50,020 bases of DNA from a virus. Taxonomy: Duplodnaviria > Caudoviricetes. Position 1 is the first letter of the stretch; every line of letters begins with the position of its first letter. The stretch is taken from positions 1-50,020 of IMG/VR virus record IMGVR_UViG_3300033144_003463; one strand, written 5' to 3'. The notes beneath the pieces are model-generated. The model did no database searches. It was not told where the DNA came from and saw only the letters and a list, made by a program, of their open reading frames with translations. The position numbers were made by a program, and so were the translations under genes. Shown piece by piece: positions 1 to 9,510 of this stretch.

Positions 1-114
1 CAATAAATCAATATCTCGCCGAGAATCCTTATAGAAAAGAATTGGATGAAATGGTGAAAGCAAAAGAATTTGATGAAGGTGTTTTGGAAAAGGCAGATAG
101 ATGGGAGATGGAGC
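1..114. repeat. Terminal direct repeat, left copy (circular assembly overlap)
   Basis: 1-114 is identical to 49907-50020. Confidence 0.97.
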
Positions 115-3100
115 AAGTACTAAAGGATAAGCCGGCTTATTTAAATGATGGACATTTTTTATCAAAAGAAGAGGTAACGGATTTCGCTAAAAAGAATAAT
201 CTTTGGTTCAGAACAAGTGGGGAAACTGGAGATTTAATTGTCGCGAAAGACATAGATTCTCTTAATAAGGTTTTAAATGCGATAGAAAGTGGAAATCAAA
301 GAGATATTGGCATAGCTCTTGGATATGAGGATGTCAAACAACCGGCCAAGGCCACTAAAGAAGAAAAGTCTGGAGAATTAATACTAGAAGCAGTTGAATT
401 ACCTAGCCAACCAGTCCTTACCAAGAAGATGATACAAAAGAAAGTTCCAGAGATCTCTCAGAACTTCAAGGGTGGGGCTTTATTCGTGAAGATTTCCAAG
501 CAAGACTTTATGGATATTCCTCCAGAAGTGTCAACGAAATTAAAGGCCAAACCAGACAAGTTTCCTCTTATGTCTCAGAAGGCATTAAAGGAAGCGGGAG
601 TTCCAACAGAAATAGCAAAAAAGATAGGAGAATTACATGGCAAGATAGACATAACTACTGATGATTTTACAATAACAAAAAAGGGCAAGAAATATATAGT
701 TACCCTGCCAAACAAGGTGTTTGCAGAGTTTACACCAAAACGTGTTTCCACAGGACATGTGACAGCAGTTCGTAAGATTAGGGGAGAAGAAGTGCCATTG
801 TACAAACCTCCCATTACCAAAAAACAATTTAAGGACTTTGTAGAATCTAATCCAGAATTTATTGCTAATCCTGTTCTAAAAGTTGATGAAGATAAGCGGT
901 TAGTATTTGTTGGAAAGACATCTAGTTTTAAGATAAACGCAGGTGCTCTTGGATTACACGCTCAGAACCTGAAAAAGGGTCAAGAAATTGAAGTAGATTT
1001 GGAGAGTCTAAGAGATAATAAAAAGCCAGAACTAAGAGTTAGAAAATACACAGACAAGGATGTAGAAACATATGCCTTGTCTTTAGAGTTTAGCGAGGAA
1101 GAACTTAAAAATCCTAAAACTCCAGAAGCTAAAGCATATGCAAGGGCCATTCCAGATCATATGACAAAATCAAAGCTGGTGGGCAGAGAACGCTTGGCGG
1201 CAGTTAGGCTTGCTTATCATGCTTTCGCAACATCCAAAAAGACTGGAAGACTAAAGCCCAAGGACGTAGCTGCTCTTACTGGGCTAGATACAGATGTAGT
1301 AGAAAAGATTTATTTAGAAGGGCTGGGGGACTTAGTAGAAAGCTCAAGGGCCAAGGGGACTATGACAATAAAAAAGAAACATTTTCCGCATATGGCCGCT
1401 GTTGAAGATGCTCAATTGGGAGTAGATTGGAATGACTTGAGCACGGTAGAACAGAATGCAATGAGAATCTGGTCAACTAAAAATGAAGGACTTGTTCCAG
1501 GGATGAGAGAGGATTTAATAAAGCGCCAATCTAAGGCGAAGTATGATACATTCAAAATGGAAACTCCTATTACGAATCAAATAGTCAGGGATTCTCCTCG
1601 CAGAACCTATCAGTCAAAATTAATGTTAAACATTAAGCCAGAAGCTGCAGTAGAGAAACTGCGTCAGATAGCTGAATATATTGGAGCCACTGTTAATCAG
1701 AGGGTTAGAATCAACATAGATAACATTGGAAGTGCAAGGGGAGTAATTCATGTAAGAAGAGATGGTTCGTTCTTGTGGCAAATATCCTTAAAGAGATTCG
1801 ATGACTTTGTAACAATGGGGCATGAGGTGGGGCATTTGTTTGACATAATTATTTTAAGAACTAAGGGAGTTAACTCTAGGCTTGCAGGCAGAGTTAGTCT
1901 TTCAGAATCAACCGAGAAAGAGTTGATGGAAGAATTAAAAGAGGTTGCCAAGCATGCTCAAGGGTTTGCTGGGGCAAGGAAAAGCGATTACAAGAATAAA
2001 AGTGAACTATTCTCTGATTGGTTCCAGGTTTATTTGAATGATTATAAGTTTGCCAAATTAGCCGCGCCAGCCTTCACTAGACAAATGGAGAGAGTACATC
2101 CAGAAATATTAAAAATCAAAGGAATGTATGCATTTCCAGAAGAAGCTGTTTCTCATAAGGGATTGCCGATAGATAGAATTAGAGCTGGAGGGTTGTCGGC
2201 GATGGAGGCAATGAGAAAAGTTAACCCAGAGATAAATGTTGATGTTCGCAAGAGAGGATTATTTGAGGCTCGTGGGATGAGAGGTCGCGTGTGGCAATTG
2301 TTCGGAATGCCAAACTGGCATCCAGAACTTAAAAAAGTTTATAGGGTGGTTACTGACAACGCCGTTCAGGCCAATTCTGGAGCGAATATTCGGGCGCTAA
2401 GAGAATTAAATATTAAAAGGATAAGGGAAAAGGTTGTAGAGGCACGTCGCAATGATATAGCAGAGGCATTGTTTACTGGAGACGATAAGGGGGTAGAGAG
2501 ATATCATTCTGAAAAGTCCCTGAAGGAAAACTTTTTATTTAATGAAGAAGAAATAGCAACATACAATCGAGTAGTAGATGCAATAAGAACCGGTGGAAAA
2601 TACGAGGTCAAATATATAAAGCTTAAAATTGGATATGCCGGAATGACAAAACAACAAAAGGCCTTGGCTGATGAATGGATAGAGAATGAGGCGAATAGAT
2701 TGGGCGGGTATGTTCCTCGTACTAGATCTGGGAGATACGCTATCTATGCAGAACAAAAATCAATAAAGGGGCCACCAGCAACTACCTTTTATCAGCAATA
2801 TTCTAGAAAAATAACAGATAAGGTTCATCTTTCTGGATGGAGGGGTATCCCTGACAGTGTTGTTAAAGAGGGAAATAAATTAAGTAATATGGGATACGAG
2901 AAGGTGGAAATTTATGATACCAAGAATTTGAGAGACGACTTCATAAAAAACATTCCAAAACTTAGTGTTTCTCAATTAGAGATGTTGGCAATAGAAGCTG
3001 GGATTGATAGCAAAAATAAGACTGTCGAGGCTATTAAAGATTATTTAAGAAAGCAATCTTACGAGAAACATCTAATTACTAGAAAATATGTCCCAGGATA

Positions 3101-4709
3101 TTCTAGGGACTGGAATGCATTAGAGGCCGGAGTAGTCAATCATCTAAGGCATTCTATTAGAAAATATTACAGAGAAAAGGCCAGACAAGAAGCATATGAG
3201 GTTATTGACAAGCTTGATGTAGATAAATATCCAGAATCAGGCGTATTGGGTAGAGAATATATAGAAAATTTCTTCTATTCTAGCCCAGACGAATTTTATG
3301 TTATAAGAAAAGGGATATATCTATGGTATCTGGCACTAAAAACTAGTTTCCTTGTACAAAATGTAACTCAGCCGCTTTTGACACAACTACCAGCAACCGC
3401 CAACTATACGAACATGGCGAACACAGTAAAGATATTCGGCCATTCCGCGCTAAGCTCTATGAGATATATAGGGCAAAGGCTATCTGGAAAAGCCCCGAAG
3501 AAAGGTGATCCAATGCTTTGGAGACTATGTGATAAGGCTGTTGATGAGATGGTAATAAGTGGAACAATGAATAAGTTTATTTTAAGCGATCCTACTAAGA
3601 AAGATGATAAGGTCGCCAAGGGTCTTGGATTTTTTGCAACTGTTAGTGAGTATTGGAATAGGACATGGGCCGCATGTAATGCTTTTGAAATCGCAAGAGA
3701 TATTCTTGGCTATGGCGAAATGGAAACGTATAAGTTCATGGTCGAGTTTATCGAGAACACTCACTTTCCCTATGGAAGGCATGCATTACCAGGATTTATC
3801 GCTAATGCAGGTAAAATGAGGGGGTTAATGAAAACATTCTTTGTCTTTAAAACATGGATGTTCCAATATTTTCATTTTTTCAATCAGAAGGTGGCAAGGG
3901 GAACATTCGGTGCGAAAACATTCGGAGTGAGCTCTTTAATATCTGTTGCAGGCTTAAAGTCTCTCCCATTTATGGCTTTAATAACATATCTCTTTAGGGC
4001 GTTTTTCCAAAAAGATCCAGAAGTGGAGCTTCGCAAGGCACTTGGCCCAGAAAGAGACTGGCTGGCTGATGGCATATTAAACGGAGTGCCCGCGTTGTGG
4101 GGAATGAACACAACCTATTTAATCGGTGTTGGAGATATGGTTTCTCCCAATTTCGATCCGACTGGACAAATATTTGGCCCAGGATATGGATTATTGAGTA
4201 AGTTTAATTATGGTTATAAGTTATATCAAGAAGGTGATTATGATGGCGCAATTGCCAACTGGACCCCATATACATTGAGAAATATCTTAATAGCTAGCGA
4301 GTGGAGTAAGAGGGGCCTTGATTTTCGCGATAAGGTATATATTAAGCCGACAGAGGGAGATGTGTTAATGAAGGCGCTTGGGTTTACTCCACAATCTGTA
4401 GCTAGGCAATATAAAATTAGAGAGGTTGAAACATTTCTTAACAAGAGATATGTAAATCTTCGTAAAAATGTTATCAACGAATCTGCTAGGGGAACCGATG
4501 TGGTAGATATTCGCAATGAATTTGGTGATAAAATCGTCAAACACAACGAACAGGTATATGACTACCTATACATACTTTATCAAACCTCTGATGCTGTAAT
4601 AACAGAGAAAACATGGAATTCTATAGTTAAGTCTTATACGGTTAGCGAAGGAGACTTCGATAGCTTTATAGCGAAAGGTCGTCAAGAAATAATGAAAATA
4701 AAAAGATGA
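1..4709 (+). CDS. Giant virion/DNA-ejection (large polyvalent, PLxRFG-like) protein, C-terminal part; full ORF 48118..49906+1..4709 = 2165 aa
   Basis: Frame is continuous across the junction; HExxH motif (MGHEVGHLFD); YVPRTRSGRY resembles the PLxRFG motif; hydrophobic C-terminal AGLKSLPF segment; last gene of the tail/ejection block. Confidence 0.7.
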   Translation, partial: INQYLAENPYRKELDEMVKAKEFDEGVLEKADRWEMEQVLKDKPAYLNDGHFLSKEEVTDFAKKNNLWFRTSGETGDLIVAKDIDSLNKVLNAIESGNQRDIGIALGYEDVKQPAKATKEEKSGELILEAVELPSQPVLTKKMIQKKVPEISQNFKGGALFVKISKQDFMDIPPEVSTKLKAKPDKFPLMSQKALKEAGVPTEIAKKIGELHGKIDITTDDFTITKKGKKYIVTLPNKVFAEFTPKRVSTGHVTAVRKIRGEEVPLYKPPITKKQFKDFVESNPEFIANPVLKVDEDKRLVFVGKTSSFKINAGALGLHAQNLKKGQEIEVDLESLRDNKKPELRVRKYTDKDVETYALSLEFSEEELKNPKTPEAKAYARAIPDHMTKSKLVGRERLAAVRLAYHAFATSKKTGRLKPKDVAALTGLDTDVVEKIYLEGLGDLVESSRAKGTMTIKKKHFPHMAAVEDAQLGVDWNDLSTVEQNAMRIWSTKNEGLVPGMREDLIKRQSKAKYDTFKMETPITNQIVRDSPRRTYQSKLMLNIKPEAAVEKLRQIAEYIGATVNQRVRINIDNIGSARGVIHVRRDGSFLWQISLKRFDDFVTMGHEVGHLFDIIILRTKGVNSRLAGRVSLSESTEKELMEELKEVAKHAQGFAGARKSDYKNKSELFSDWFQVYLNDYKFAKLAAPAFTRQMERVHPEILKIKGMYAFPEEAVSHKGLPIDRIRAGGLSAMEAMRKVNPEINVDVRKRGLFEARGMRGRVWQLFGMPNWHPELKKVYRVVTDNAVQANSGANIRALRELNIKRIREKVVEARRNDIAEALFTGDDKGVERYHSEKSLKENFLFNEEEIATYNRVVDAIRTGGKYEVKYIKLKIGYAGMTKQQKALADEWIENEANRLGGYVPRTRSGRYAIYAEQKSIKGPPATTFYQQYSRKITDKVHLSGWRGIPDSVVKEGNKLSNMGYEKVEIYDTKNLRDDFIKNIPKLSVSQLEMLAIEAGIDSKNKTVEAIKDYLRKQSYEKHLITRKYVPGYSRDWNALEAGVVNHLRHSIRKYYREKARQEAYEVIDKLDVDKYPESGVLGREYIENFFYSSPDEFYVIRKGIYLWYLALKTSFLVQNVTQPLLTQLPATANYTNMANTVKIFGHSALSSMRYIGQRLSGKAPKKGDPMLWRLCDKAVDEMVISGTMNKFILSDPTKKDDKVAKGLGFFATVSEYWNRTWAACNAFEIARDILGYGEMETYKFMVEFIENTHFPYGRHALPGFIANAGKMRGLMKTFFVFKTWMFQYFHFFNQKVARGTFGAKTFGVSSLISVAGLKSLPFMALITYLFRAFFQKDPEVELRKALGPERDWLADGILNGVPALWGMNTTYLIGVGDMVSPNFDPTGQIFGPGYGLLSKFNYGYKLYQEGDYDGAIANWTPYTLRNILIASEWSKRGLDFRDKVYIKPTEGDVLMKALGFTPQSVARQYKIREVETFLNKRYVNLRKNVINESARGTDVVDIRNEFGDKIVKHNEQVYDYLYILYQTSDAVITEKTWNSIVKSYTVSEGDFDSFIAKGRQEIMKIKR

Positions 4710-4921
4710 ACGACATCGAAAACAAAAGATTCGAAAATATAGATAAGCATATAGCTGTGCTTAATAGTGAAATGGGCGGAGTTCAAGAGGATGTGGGTGA
4801 AATTAAGGTTGATTTAGCCGTAGTAAAAACGGATGTAAATTGGCTAAAAAGGTTCTTTTTTATCGTCGCTACGGCCTCTATTGGCAGCCTTTTGGCTACT
4901 TTATTTAGCATACTTGGTTAA
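4706..4921 (+). CDS. Small membrane protein, XhlA/holin-like
   Basis: Coiled coil plus one C-terminal TM (FFFIVATASIGSLLATLFSILG); upstream of the endolysin. Confidence 0.55.
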   Translation: MNDIENKRFENIDKHIAVLNSEMGGVQEDVGEIKVDLAVVKTDVNWLKRFFFIVATASIGSLLATLFSILG

Positions 4922-4923
4922 AC

Positions 4924-4952
4924 TTGCATTTTTCCCTAAAGTGTGCTATACT
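4924..4952 (+). promoter_or_regulatory. Sigma70-type promoter with extended -10
   Basis: TTGCAT-17 nt-TATACT with TG extension; near-identical to the 7915 promoter. Confidence 0.75.
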
Positions 4953-5038
4953 GGAAACATATAATTAACAACATATATATGAAAACTAAGGCGGCAAATA
5001 GTTCTTTTACAACCCAAATAGGGAAGGAGATGATGGAA

Positions 5039-5959
5039 ATGTTTAAGTGTCCTATAGAAGGATGCAACAAGGTGTTCACCAAGAACTCTAATCGTAGGAG
5101 ACATATCAAGCTTGTCCACAAAGAAGACCCAGATAAATATTTGGGTCGTGGTGGAGCGATTAAAATCGTTCCGAAAGCACCTACTGGAACTAGGAAGATT
5201 GTCTTGCTTCCAGACTTTCATCACCCGCATCACAACGTTGCTGCCACTAGAGCAGTGTTCCAATTCCTTGAATGGTTCAAGCCAGACGAAGTGAACCTGA
5301 TTGGTGACGCAATGAATATGGATGCCGCTGACCACTGGTTGAGGGATAAGAGAAATCTTAGAGCCCTTGAGGGAAGGCGGATTATTGAGGGATATGATTG
5401 GTTTGACCAAGACATTCTGTCTAAGATTGAGACAATCTGTCCACAAGCACATTGGGTGTATATGGAGGGAAACCACGAAGATTGGATTAACATAGTGGTT
5501 GACCGAGACCCAGCACTTGAGGGACTTGTAGAGCCAGAGATAGTTCTCAAGCTCAAGGAAAGAGGTTGGGAGTGGATTCCTTATCTTACAAAGAAAGGGA
5601 ACGCTGTTACCAGAGGTATTAAGCAATATGGGAAACTGATTGTTTTCCACGGGCAATACACGAACAAATATCACGCAGCCAAAACTGCTGATATGTTCTC
5701 AAAATCGTGCGCCTATGGACACACTCACGACATACAGCTTTATACCAAGGTTACCGTTGATGACCATAAGGGTTATCACACCGCCCAATCAATCGGTTGT
5801 CTCTGCGAAATGAGTCCTGCCTTTATGAAGGGGAGATACAATCGTTGGGTGAACGCATTTGGCGTTCTCTACGTCAGAGAAGACGGCTCATACAATTTGT
5901 ATGTTCCAATCATTATTCGCGGGAAATTCGTATTCAACGGAATTGAATTCGGAGGCTAA
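5039..5959 (+). CDS. C2H2 zinc finger + calcineurin-like metallophosphoesterase
   Basis: CPIEGCNKVF..RRRHIKLVH; DFH, GDA, GNHE, HG and GHTH motifs; SD AAGGAG at 5024-5029 favours the ATG at 5039. Confidence 0.85.
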   Translation: MFKCPIEGCNKVFTKNSNRRRHIKLVHKEDPDKYLGRGGAIKIVPKAPTGTRKIVLLPDFHHPHHNVAATRAVFQFLEWFKPDEVNLIGDAMNMDAADHWLRDKRNLRALEGRRIIEGYDWFDQDILSKIETICPQAHWVYMEGNHEDWINIVVDRDPALEGLVEPEIVLKLKERGWEWIPYLTKKGNAVTRGIKQYGKLIVFHGQYTNKYHAAKTADMFSKSCAYGHTHDIQLYTKVTVDDHKGYHTAQSIGCLCEMSPAFMKGRYNRWVNAFGVLYVREDGSYNLYVPIIIRGKFVFNGIEFGG

Positions 5960-5960
5960 A

Positions 5961-6203
5961 ATGGGCAAGAGCAAAAGGAGGCTCAAGAAACGATTAAAAC
6001 ACTCTAGGCGGAAGCGGGTTAAGGGAATTAACCGACACCATCTGACCCCGAAAAGTCGTGGTGGTAAGGCGAAACCTAACAACCTGCTCCGCATAGACAT
6101 TCAGAAACACGAATGCTGGCACAAAATTTTCAAGAACCGAACGCTAGAAGAGGTGATTGCTGAACTTCAACGACTTCACCGAATGAAAGGGAGGTTGCCA
6201 TGA
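5961..6203 (+). CDS. Small HNH-like endonuclease
   Basis: RHHLTPKSRGG..NNL..H..WH; GGAGG SD upstream. Confidence 0.65.
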   Translation: MGKSKRRLKKRLKHSRRKRVKGINRHHLTPKSRGGKAKPNNLLRIDIQKHECWHKIFKNRTLEEVIAELQRLHRMKGRLP

Positions 6204-6409
6204 GATGCGACATGTGTCATGAACATTGGGCATTTCAAGAATTGTGTCCAGATTGTTGGTCAGAACTCACGGAAATGATGGAAGCACAAGATTGGAAATG
6301 TTCTGTTTGCGGCGGACCAGTTGACCGCATTGGGATTACCACACCGAATGGTCAATTGATTCTCATGATGTCATGCTCAAATTGCAAGGTTGTTTATCGC
6401 CCAGCATAG
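6200..6409 (+). CDS. Double zinc-ribbon protein
   Basis: Four CxxC pairs; GGAGG SD; ATGA overlap. Confidence 0.6.
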   Translation: MRCDMCHEHWAFQELCPDCWSELTEMMEAQDWKCSVCGGPVDRIGITTPNGQLILMMSCSNCKVVYRPA

Positions 6410-6418
6410 GAGGTTAGA

Positions 6419-6601
6419 ATGGTCAGCAAATGCTGTGGGGCAAGTGTGTATGTGATGTGGCATACCCTTGGTGGAAAACGATGGCACTGTCATAAGTGCG
6501 GAAAACCCTGCGAATGCGTCAGCGAGGTGATACCATGCGACAGTCATGTTGGCTCTGCCAGGAAAGACTCGGAAGAACCTATTACCGAGTCAAGGGGATG
6601 A
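6419..6601 (+). CDS. Small zinc-binding protein
   Basis: SKCCGA..CHKCGKPC; AGGAGG SD. Confidence 0.55.
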   Translation: MVSKCCGASVYVMWHTLGGKRWHCHKCGKPCECVSEVIPCDSHVGSARKDSEEPITESRG

Positions 6602-6681
6602 AGGGGCGATACTGTAAAAAGTGCGCCATAAGAATTGCGAAAGCTCTCAATGAGAGAGTTACACGAGAACACTGTGAATGA
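6535..6681 (+). CDS. Small zinc-binding protein
   Basis: CWLC..YCKKC; GAGGTG SD before the ATG at 6535. Confidence 0.5.
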   Translation: MRQSCWLCQERLGRTYYRVKGMKGRYCKKCAIRIAKALNERVTREHCE

Positions 6682-6715
6682 ACACTGTTGCCAGATGAAG
6701 GCAAAATACAAAACG

Positions 6716-6743
6716 GGAGGGTAGAGACTACATCTACCTTCCC
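6716..6743 (+). terminator. Hairpin closing the SD-led island
   Basis: GGGAGGGTAGA-loop-TCTACCTTCCC; no strong U tract. Confidence 0.45.
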
Positions 6744-6760
6744 ACTATACTTAAAAACAT

Positions 6761-7273
6761 ATGATAAAACTATTAAGAAGGCTAATAGAGCTTTACCAAA
6801 AGCTGTTGAAGCTTAAAAAGGCAGAGTTTAATGAGTTCGCTTTAGTCATAAGGTTGCGCGAATCAAGTGGAAACTATCGAATAGTAAATTCGTTAGGGTT
6901 TCTTGGCGCGTATCAATTCGGAATGGCTCGTCTTTGTGATCTTGGACTTACAAAAAGAATCAACGGAACAAGTGGTTATGCTAATAAAAACTTTGAGTGG
7001 AAGGATGGTTATAGTAAGGAAATATTCTTAGTGAGTCATAGGTTACAAGATAAAACGTTTCGTGCTCATGTGAAAGATTTAATAAAGCAAATCAAGCGAT
7101 CGGTATCAGATGGTATTATAAAAGAGTATACTCTTTCTGGGTTAGTCGCAGGAGCCCATCTAGGGGGTATAGGAGGTGTTAAGAAGTTTTTAGAGGGAAA
7201 GGATAGGGAAGACGCATATGGAACGTCTGTGGGTGATTACATTAAGAGATTTAAGGGTTACAATATTGAATAA
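6761..7273 (+). CDS. Endolysin, lysozyme/transglycosylase-like fold
   Basis: RESSGNY..N..G..GAYQFG catalytic Glu motif; AGAHLGG; next to holin-like genes. Confidence 0.75.
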   Translation: MIKLLRRLIELYQKLLKLKKAEFNEFALVIRLRESSGNYRIVNSLGFLGAYQFGMARLCDLGLTKRINGTSGYANKNFEWKDGYSKEIFLVSHRLQDKTFRAHVKDLIKQIKRSVSDGIIKEYTLSGLVAGAHLGGIGGVKKFLEGKDREDAYGTSVGDYIKRFKGYNIE

Positions 7274-7356
7274 TGGATAACTGGAGATTAAATTCATTAA
7301 ACAATATCGATAAAAAAAGGTACGATAAGAATTATAATTTAATATTTAATAAACAA

Positions 7357-7533
7357 ATGCCAAACGGAGATAAAACAGGGCCTCAAGGAAAAGGTCCATT
7401 AACAGGAAGAGGAATGGGTTCGTGTGGGAGTTTCGTAAAAAGAGGATTCGCATCAATGAAGAACCCATGGGTATGGGCAGCATGGGGTAAAGGTTTAGTT
7501 GCTGGCTTACTTTTAGGCTGGTGGTTACTATAA
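7357..7533 (+). CDS. DUF5320-like peptide with C-terminal TM
   Basis: MPNGDKTGPQGKGPLTGRGMGSC matches the DUF5320 pattern; the ATG at 7357 follows an A-rich leader. Confidence 0.6.
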   Translation: MPNGDKTGPQGKGPLTGRGMGSCGSFVKRGFASMKNPWVWAAWGKGLVAGLLLGWWLL

Positions 7534-7566
7534 AAAGGTCGGATTATAAACCAATAAAATAAAACA

Positions 7567-7746
7567 ATGATTACAGATTTATCATTTTTGGGTTCTCGTA
7601 GATTTTGGTGCTTAGTGGGAATTTCAATAGTCGGGCTCTTATCATCGGAAGGAATCCTATCTTTAGATATCGCTCAAGCGATTATAACTATCTTAGGAGG
7701 CTTCACAGTGATTGGAACTGTTGACAAATTCGCGAAAAGAAGATAA
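7567..7746 (+). CDS. Putative holin (59 aa, two TM; not in the ORF track)
   Basis: MITDLSFLGSRRFWCLVGISIVGLLSSEGILSLDIAQAIITILGGFTVIGTVDKFAKRR. Confidence 0.65.
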   Translation: MITDLSFLGSRRFWCLVGISIVGLLSSEGILSLDIAQAIITILGGFTVIGTVDKFAKRR

Positions 7747-7764
7747 AAATTAACACAAAAAATC

Positions 7765-7851
7765 ATGGAAACAGAAGAAAACAAAGATTTTCATTGTGAC
7801 GTTACAATAGAAGAGGGAGAAGAAGTTAGTGATGAAGATTTAGAGTTATAA
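7765..7851 (+). CDS. Acidic 28-aa micro-ORF
   Basis: METEENKDFHCDVTIEEGEEVSDEDLEL; A-rich leader; precedes a terminator. Confidence 0.35.
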   Translation: METEENKDFHCDVTIEEGEEVSDEDLEL

Positions 7852-7863
7852 GCCATTGATTCC

Positions 7864-7892
7864 AAGCTGCCCCCCGTTTTTGGGGGCAGTTT
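7864..7892 (+). terminator. Rho-independent terminator ending the late/lysis transcript
   Basis: AAGCTGCCCCC..GGGGGCAGTTT hairpin. Confidence 0.7.
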
Positions 7893-7943
7893 AGTTATCC
7901 ACAGGTGGTTAGACTTGCATTATTTCGTAAAGTGTGCTATACT
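7893..7943 (+). promoter_or_regulatory. DnaA box + sigma70 promoter
   Basis: TTATCCACA 7895-7903; TTGCAT 7915-7920, 17 nt spacer, TATACT 7938-7943. Confidence 0.8.
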
Positions 7944-7968
7944 GGATTTAGATAATTAATAAAAAGGT

Positions 7969-8274
7969 ATGAAGAAATCTTTAGTAGAGGCATTTAACGA
8001 GTTTCAGCGTCAAGATCCAGGGAAATCGTCCATTATATCGTTTATGCAGGCTATTACAAACAGGAAGATGGACAGGGTTAATGTTCTAAAATACTTTCGG
8101 GCATTAGTAGATCCTGATGATTATGCGGTAAATGAGCAAAAGATATGGGAAACCCGTATGTGTAAAATTACACATTGGAAGAAGCCTCCCGTTGCAATAC
8201 GAATTAGAATGCCAGAATATATTACATCTCCCCCGGAGATTGATTTAGGGAGTAGATTCACCATAAATAGCTAA
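7969..8274 (+). CDS. Hypothetical protein
   Basis: 101-aa ORF directly after the promoter. Confidence 0.6.
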   Translation: MKKSLVEAFNEFQRQDPGKSSIISFMQAITNRKMDRVNVLKYFRALVDPDDYAVNEQKIWETRMCKITHWKKPPVAIRIRMPEYITSPPEIDLGSRFTINS

Positions 8275-8486
8275 ACACCAGAATCATTGCTATATCAACG
8301 ATGCTTAGCTTTGTAAAATATTTGGAAAAATACCCTAAATAGGCCAAAATCGTCCTTTTTGCCCCCCAGAAACGTTGATTTGACAAGGGTAAAAAGTTGT
8401 CCCTACCCATGTATGGTATATATGTACCTTCGATGGAGGGAGGGGCCTAAAAAAACAAAGGTCGGAGTAAAAATAACAACAAAAAA

Positions 8487-9239
8487 ATGGCGGTAAAAAA
8501 GAAAATATATTATTGCGAATCTTGCAAAAGTTGGAGAGGAGCAAAAGCAATTTGTCCAGAATGTGGAATGGAGTGTATAGAGAGAGATCTCCCCAAGGCT
8601 AGAGGTGGATATTACTTTATAGAAGGAGTTGATATTCCATTAGTAAGGGTAACTGGAGTATTGGGGGATGTATTGGCTAAGCCTGCGCTAAGATACTGGG
8701 CTGCAAAAGAAGCTGCAACTGCTGCGCTAGCTGATCCTACAATGTCTGTCCAGCAAGCAGCTAATGCTATGTATACGAAAAGGGATGCGGCTGGTCTTAC
8801 TGGAACAGATGCTCATAAGGCAATAGAATTATTAAGTAAGGGCGGAAAGGTAAGTCAATTAAAGCTAGACATGCCTCAAGTAAAGGCATACCAAGATTTT
8901 TGTAAGGAGGTTCCGCATGAGATAATGCAATCAGAGTTAACAGTGCATTCTGTTAAATATGGGTATGCAGGAACATTAGATGCTATAATAAAGATGGACG
9001 ATGGTAGAATATGCTTGATAGACTATAAGACCTCTAAAGGAGTTTATCCCGAAACTGCCCTTCAAATGTCTGCTTATAAACAGGCAGTAGAAGAGATGGG
9101 AATTCCAGTGAAGATTGATGGGTTGGCAGTAGTTCACCTGAAGAAAGACGGAACATTTTCATTCATTAAGATGGCTGAATGTTTCGATGTGTTCGAATCG
9201 GTATTAAGAATATACCAATGGCAACAATTAACCAAATAA
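8487..9239 (+). CDS. PD-(D/E)XK (RecB/Cas4-like) exonuclease with N-terminal zinc ribbon
   Basis: GTDAH, YAGTLD, IDYKTS and LQMSAY motifs. Confidence 0.85.
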   Translation: MAVKKKIYYCESCKSWRGAKAICPECGMECIERDLPKARGGYYFIEGVDIPLVRVTGVLGDVLAKPALRYWAAKEAATAALADPTMSVQQAANAMYTKRDAAGLTGTDAHKAIELLSKGGKVSQLKLDMPQVKAYQDFCKEVPHEIMQSELTVHSVKYGYAGTLDAIIKMDDGRICLIDYKTSKGVYPETALQMSAYKQAVEEMGIPVKIDGLAVVHLKKDGTFSFIKMAECFDVFESVLRIYQWQQLTK

Positions 9240-9243
9240 AAGG

Positions 9244-9492
9244 ATGACAACAGAAGCCTTAACTCAAATTGTGGAGACAATAAAAACACTCAACCTAAAC
9301 GTAGACAGTCAAAGTGCAATAGAGATAGTAGAGAACATAAGTCCAATGCTATGGGCGATGACCATAAGGCCGTATATCGAAATGGCATTATTCGCAATAG
9401 TCCCAATTATTTTAGCGGTACTTATCTTGAGATATGTTAGATGGTATTTCAAGCACTTTGAAGATTATAATAGGTATAATAAAAACGCTTAA
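9244..9492 (+). CDS. Small membrane protein
   Basis: One TM (ALFAIVPIILAVLIL). Confidence 0.6.
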   Translation: MTTEALTQIVETIKTLNLNVDSQSAIEIVENISPMLWAMTIRPYIEMALFAIVPIILAVLILRYVRWYFKHFEDYNRYNKNA

Positions 9493-9510
9493 AAGTAACT
9501 AAATAAACAG

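Noticed and set aside
1-114. 114-bp terminal repeat as a biological phage DTR
   Set aside because: It falls mid-gene in the giant ORF and far from terS; an assembler overlap on a circular or permuted genome is the simpler explanation
4943-5038. N-terminal extension of the metallophosphoesterase given by the track
   Set aside because: The track start lies inside the -10 promoter element, and the SD supports 5039. The same issue affects the track starts at 12570, 14352, 16981, 21192 and 29435, which fall in promoters, structured RNAs or upstream genes
8380-8425. Promoter from TTGACA at 8380
   Set aside because: No acceptable -10 hexamer at 16-18 nt spacing
8487-9239. Cas4 / CRISPR system
   Set aside because: It is a generic phage PD-(D/E)XK exonuclease; no repeat-spacer array or other cas genes were seen
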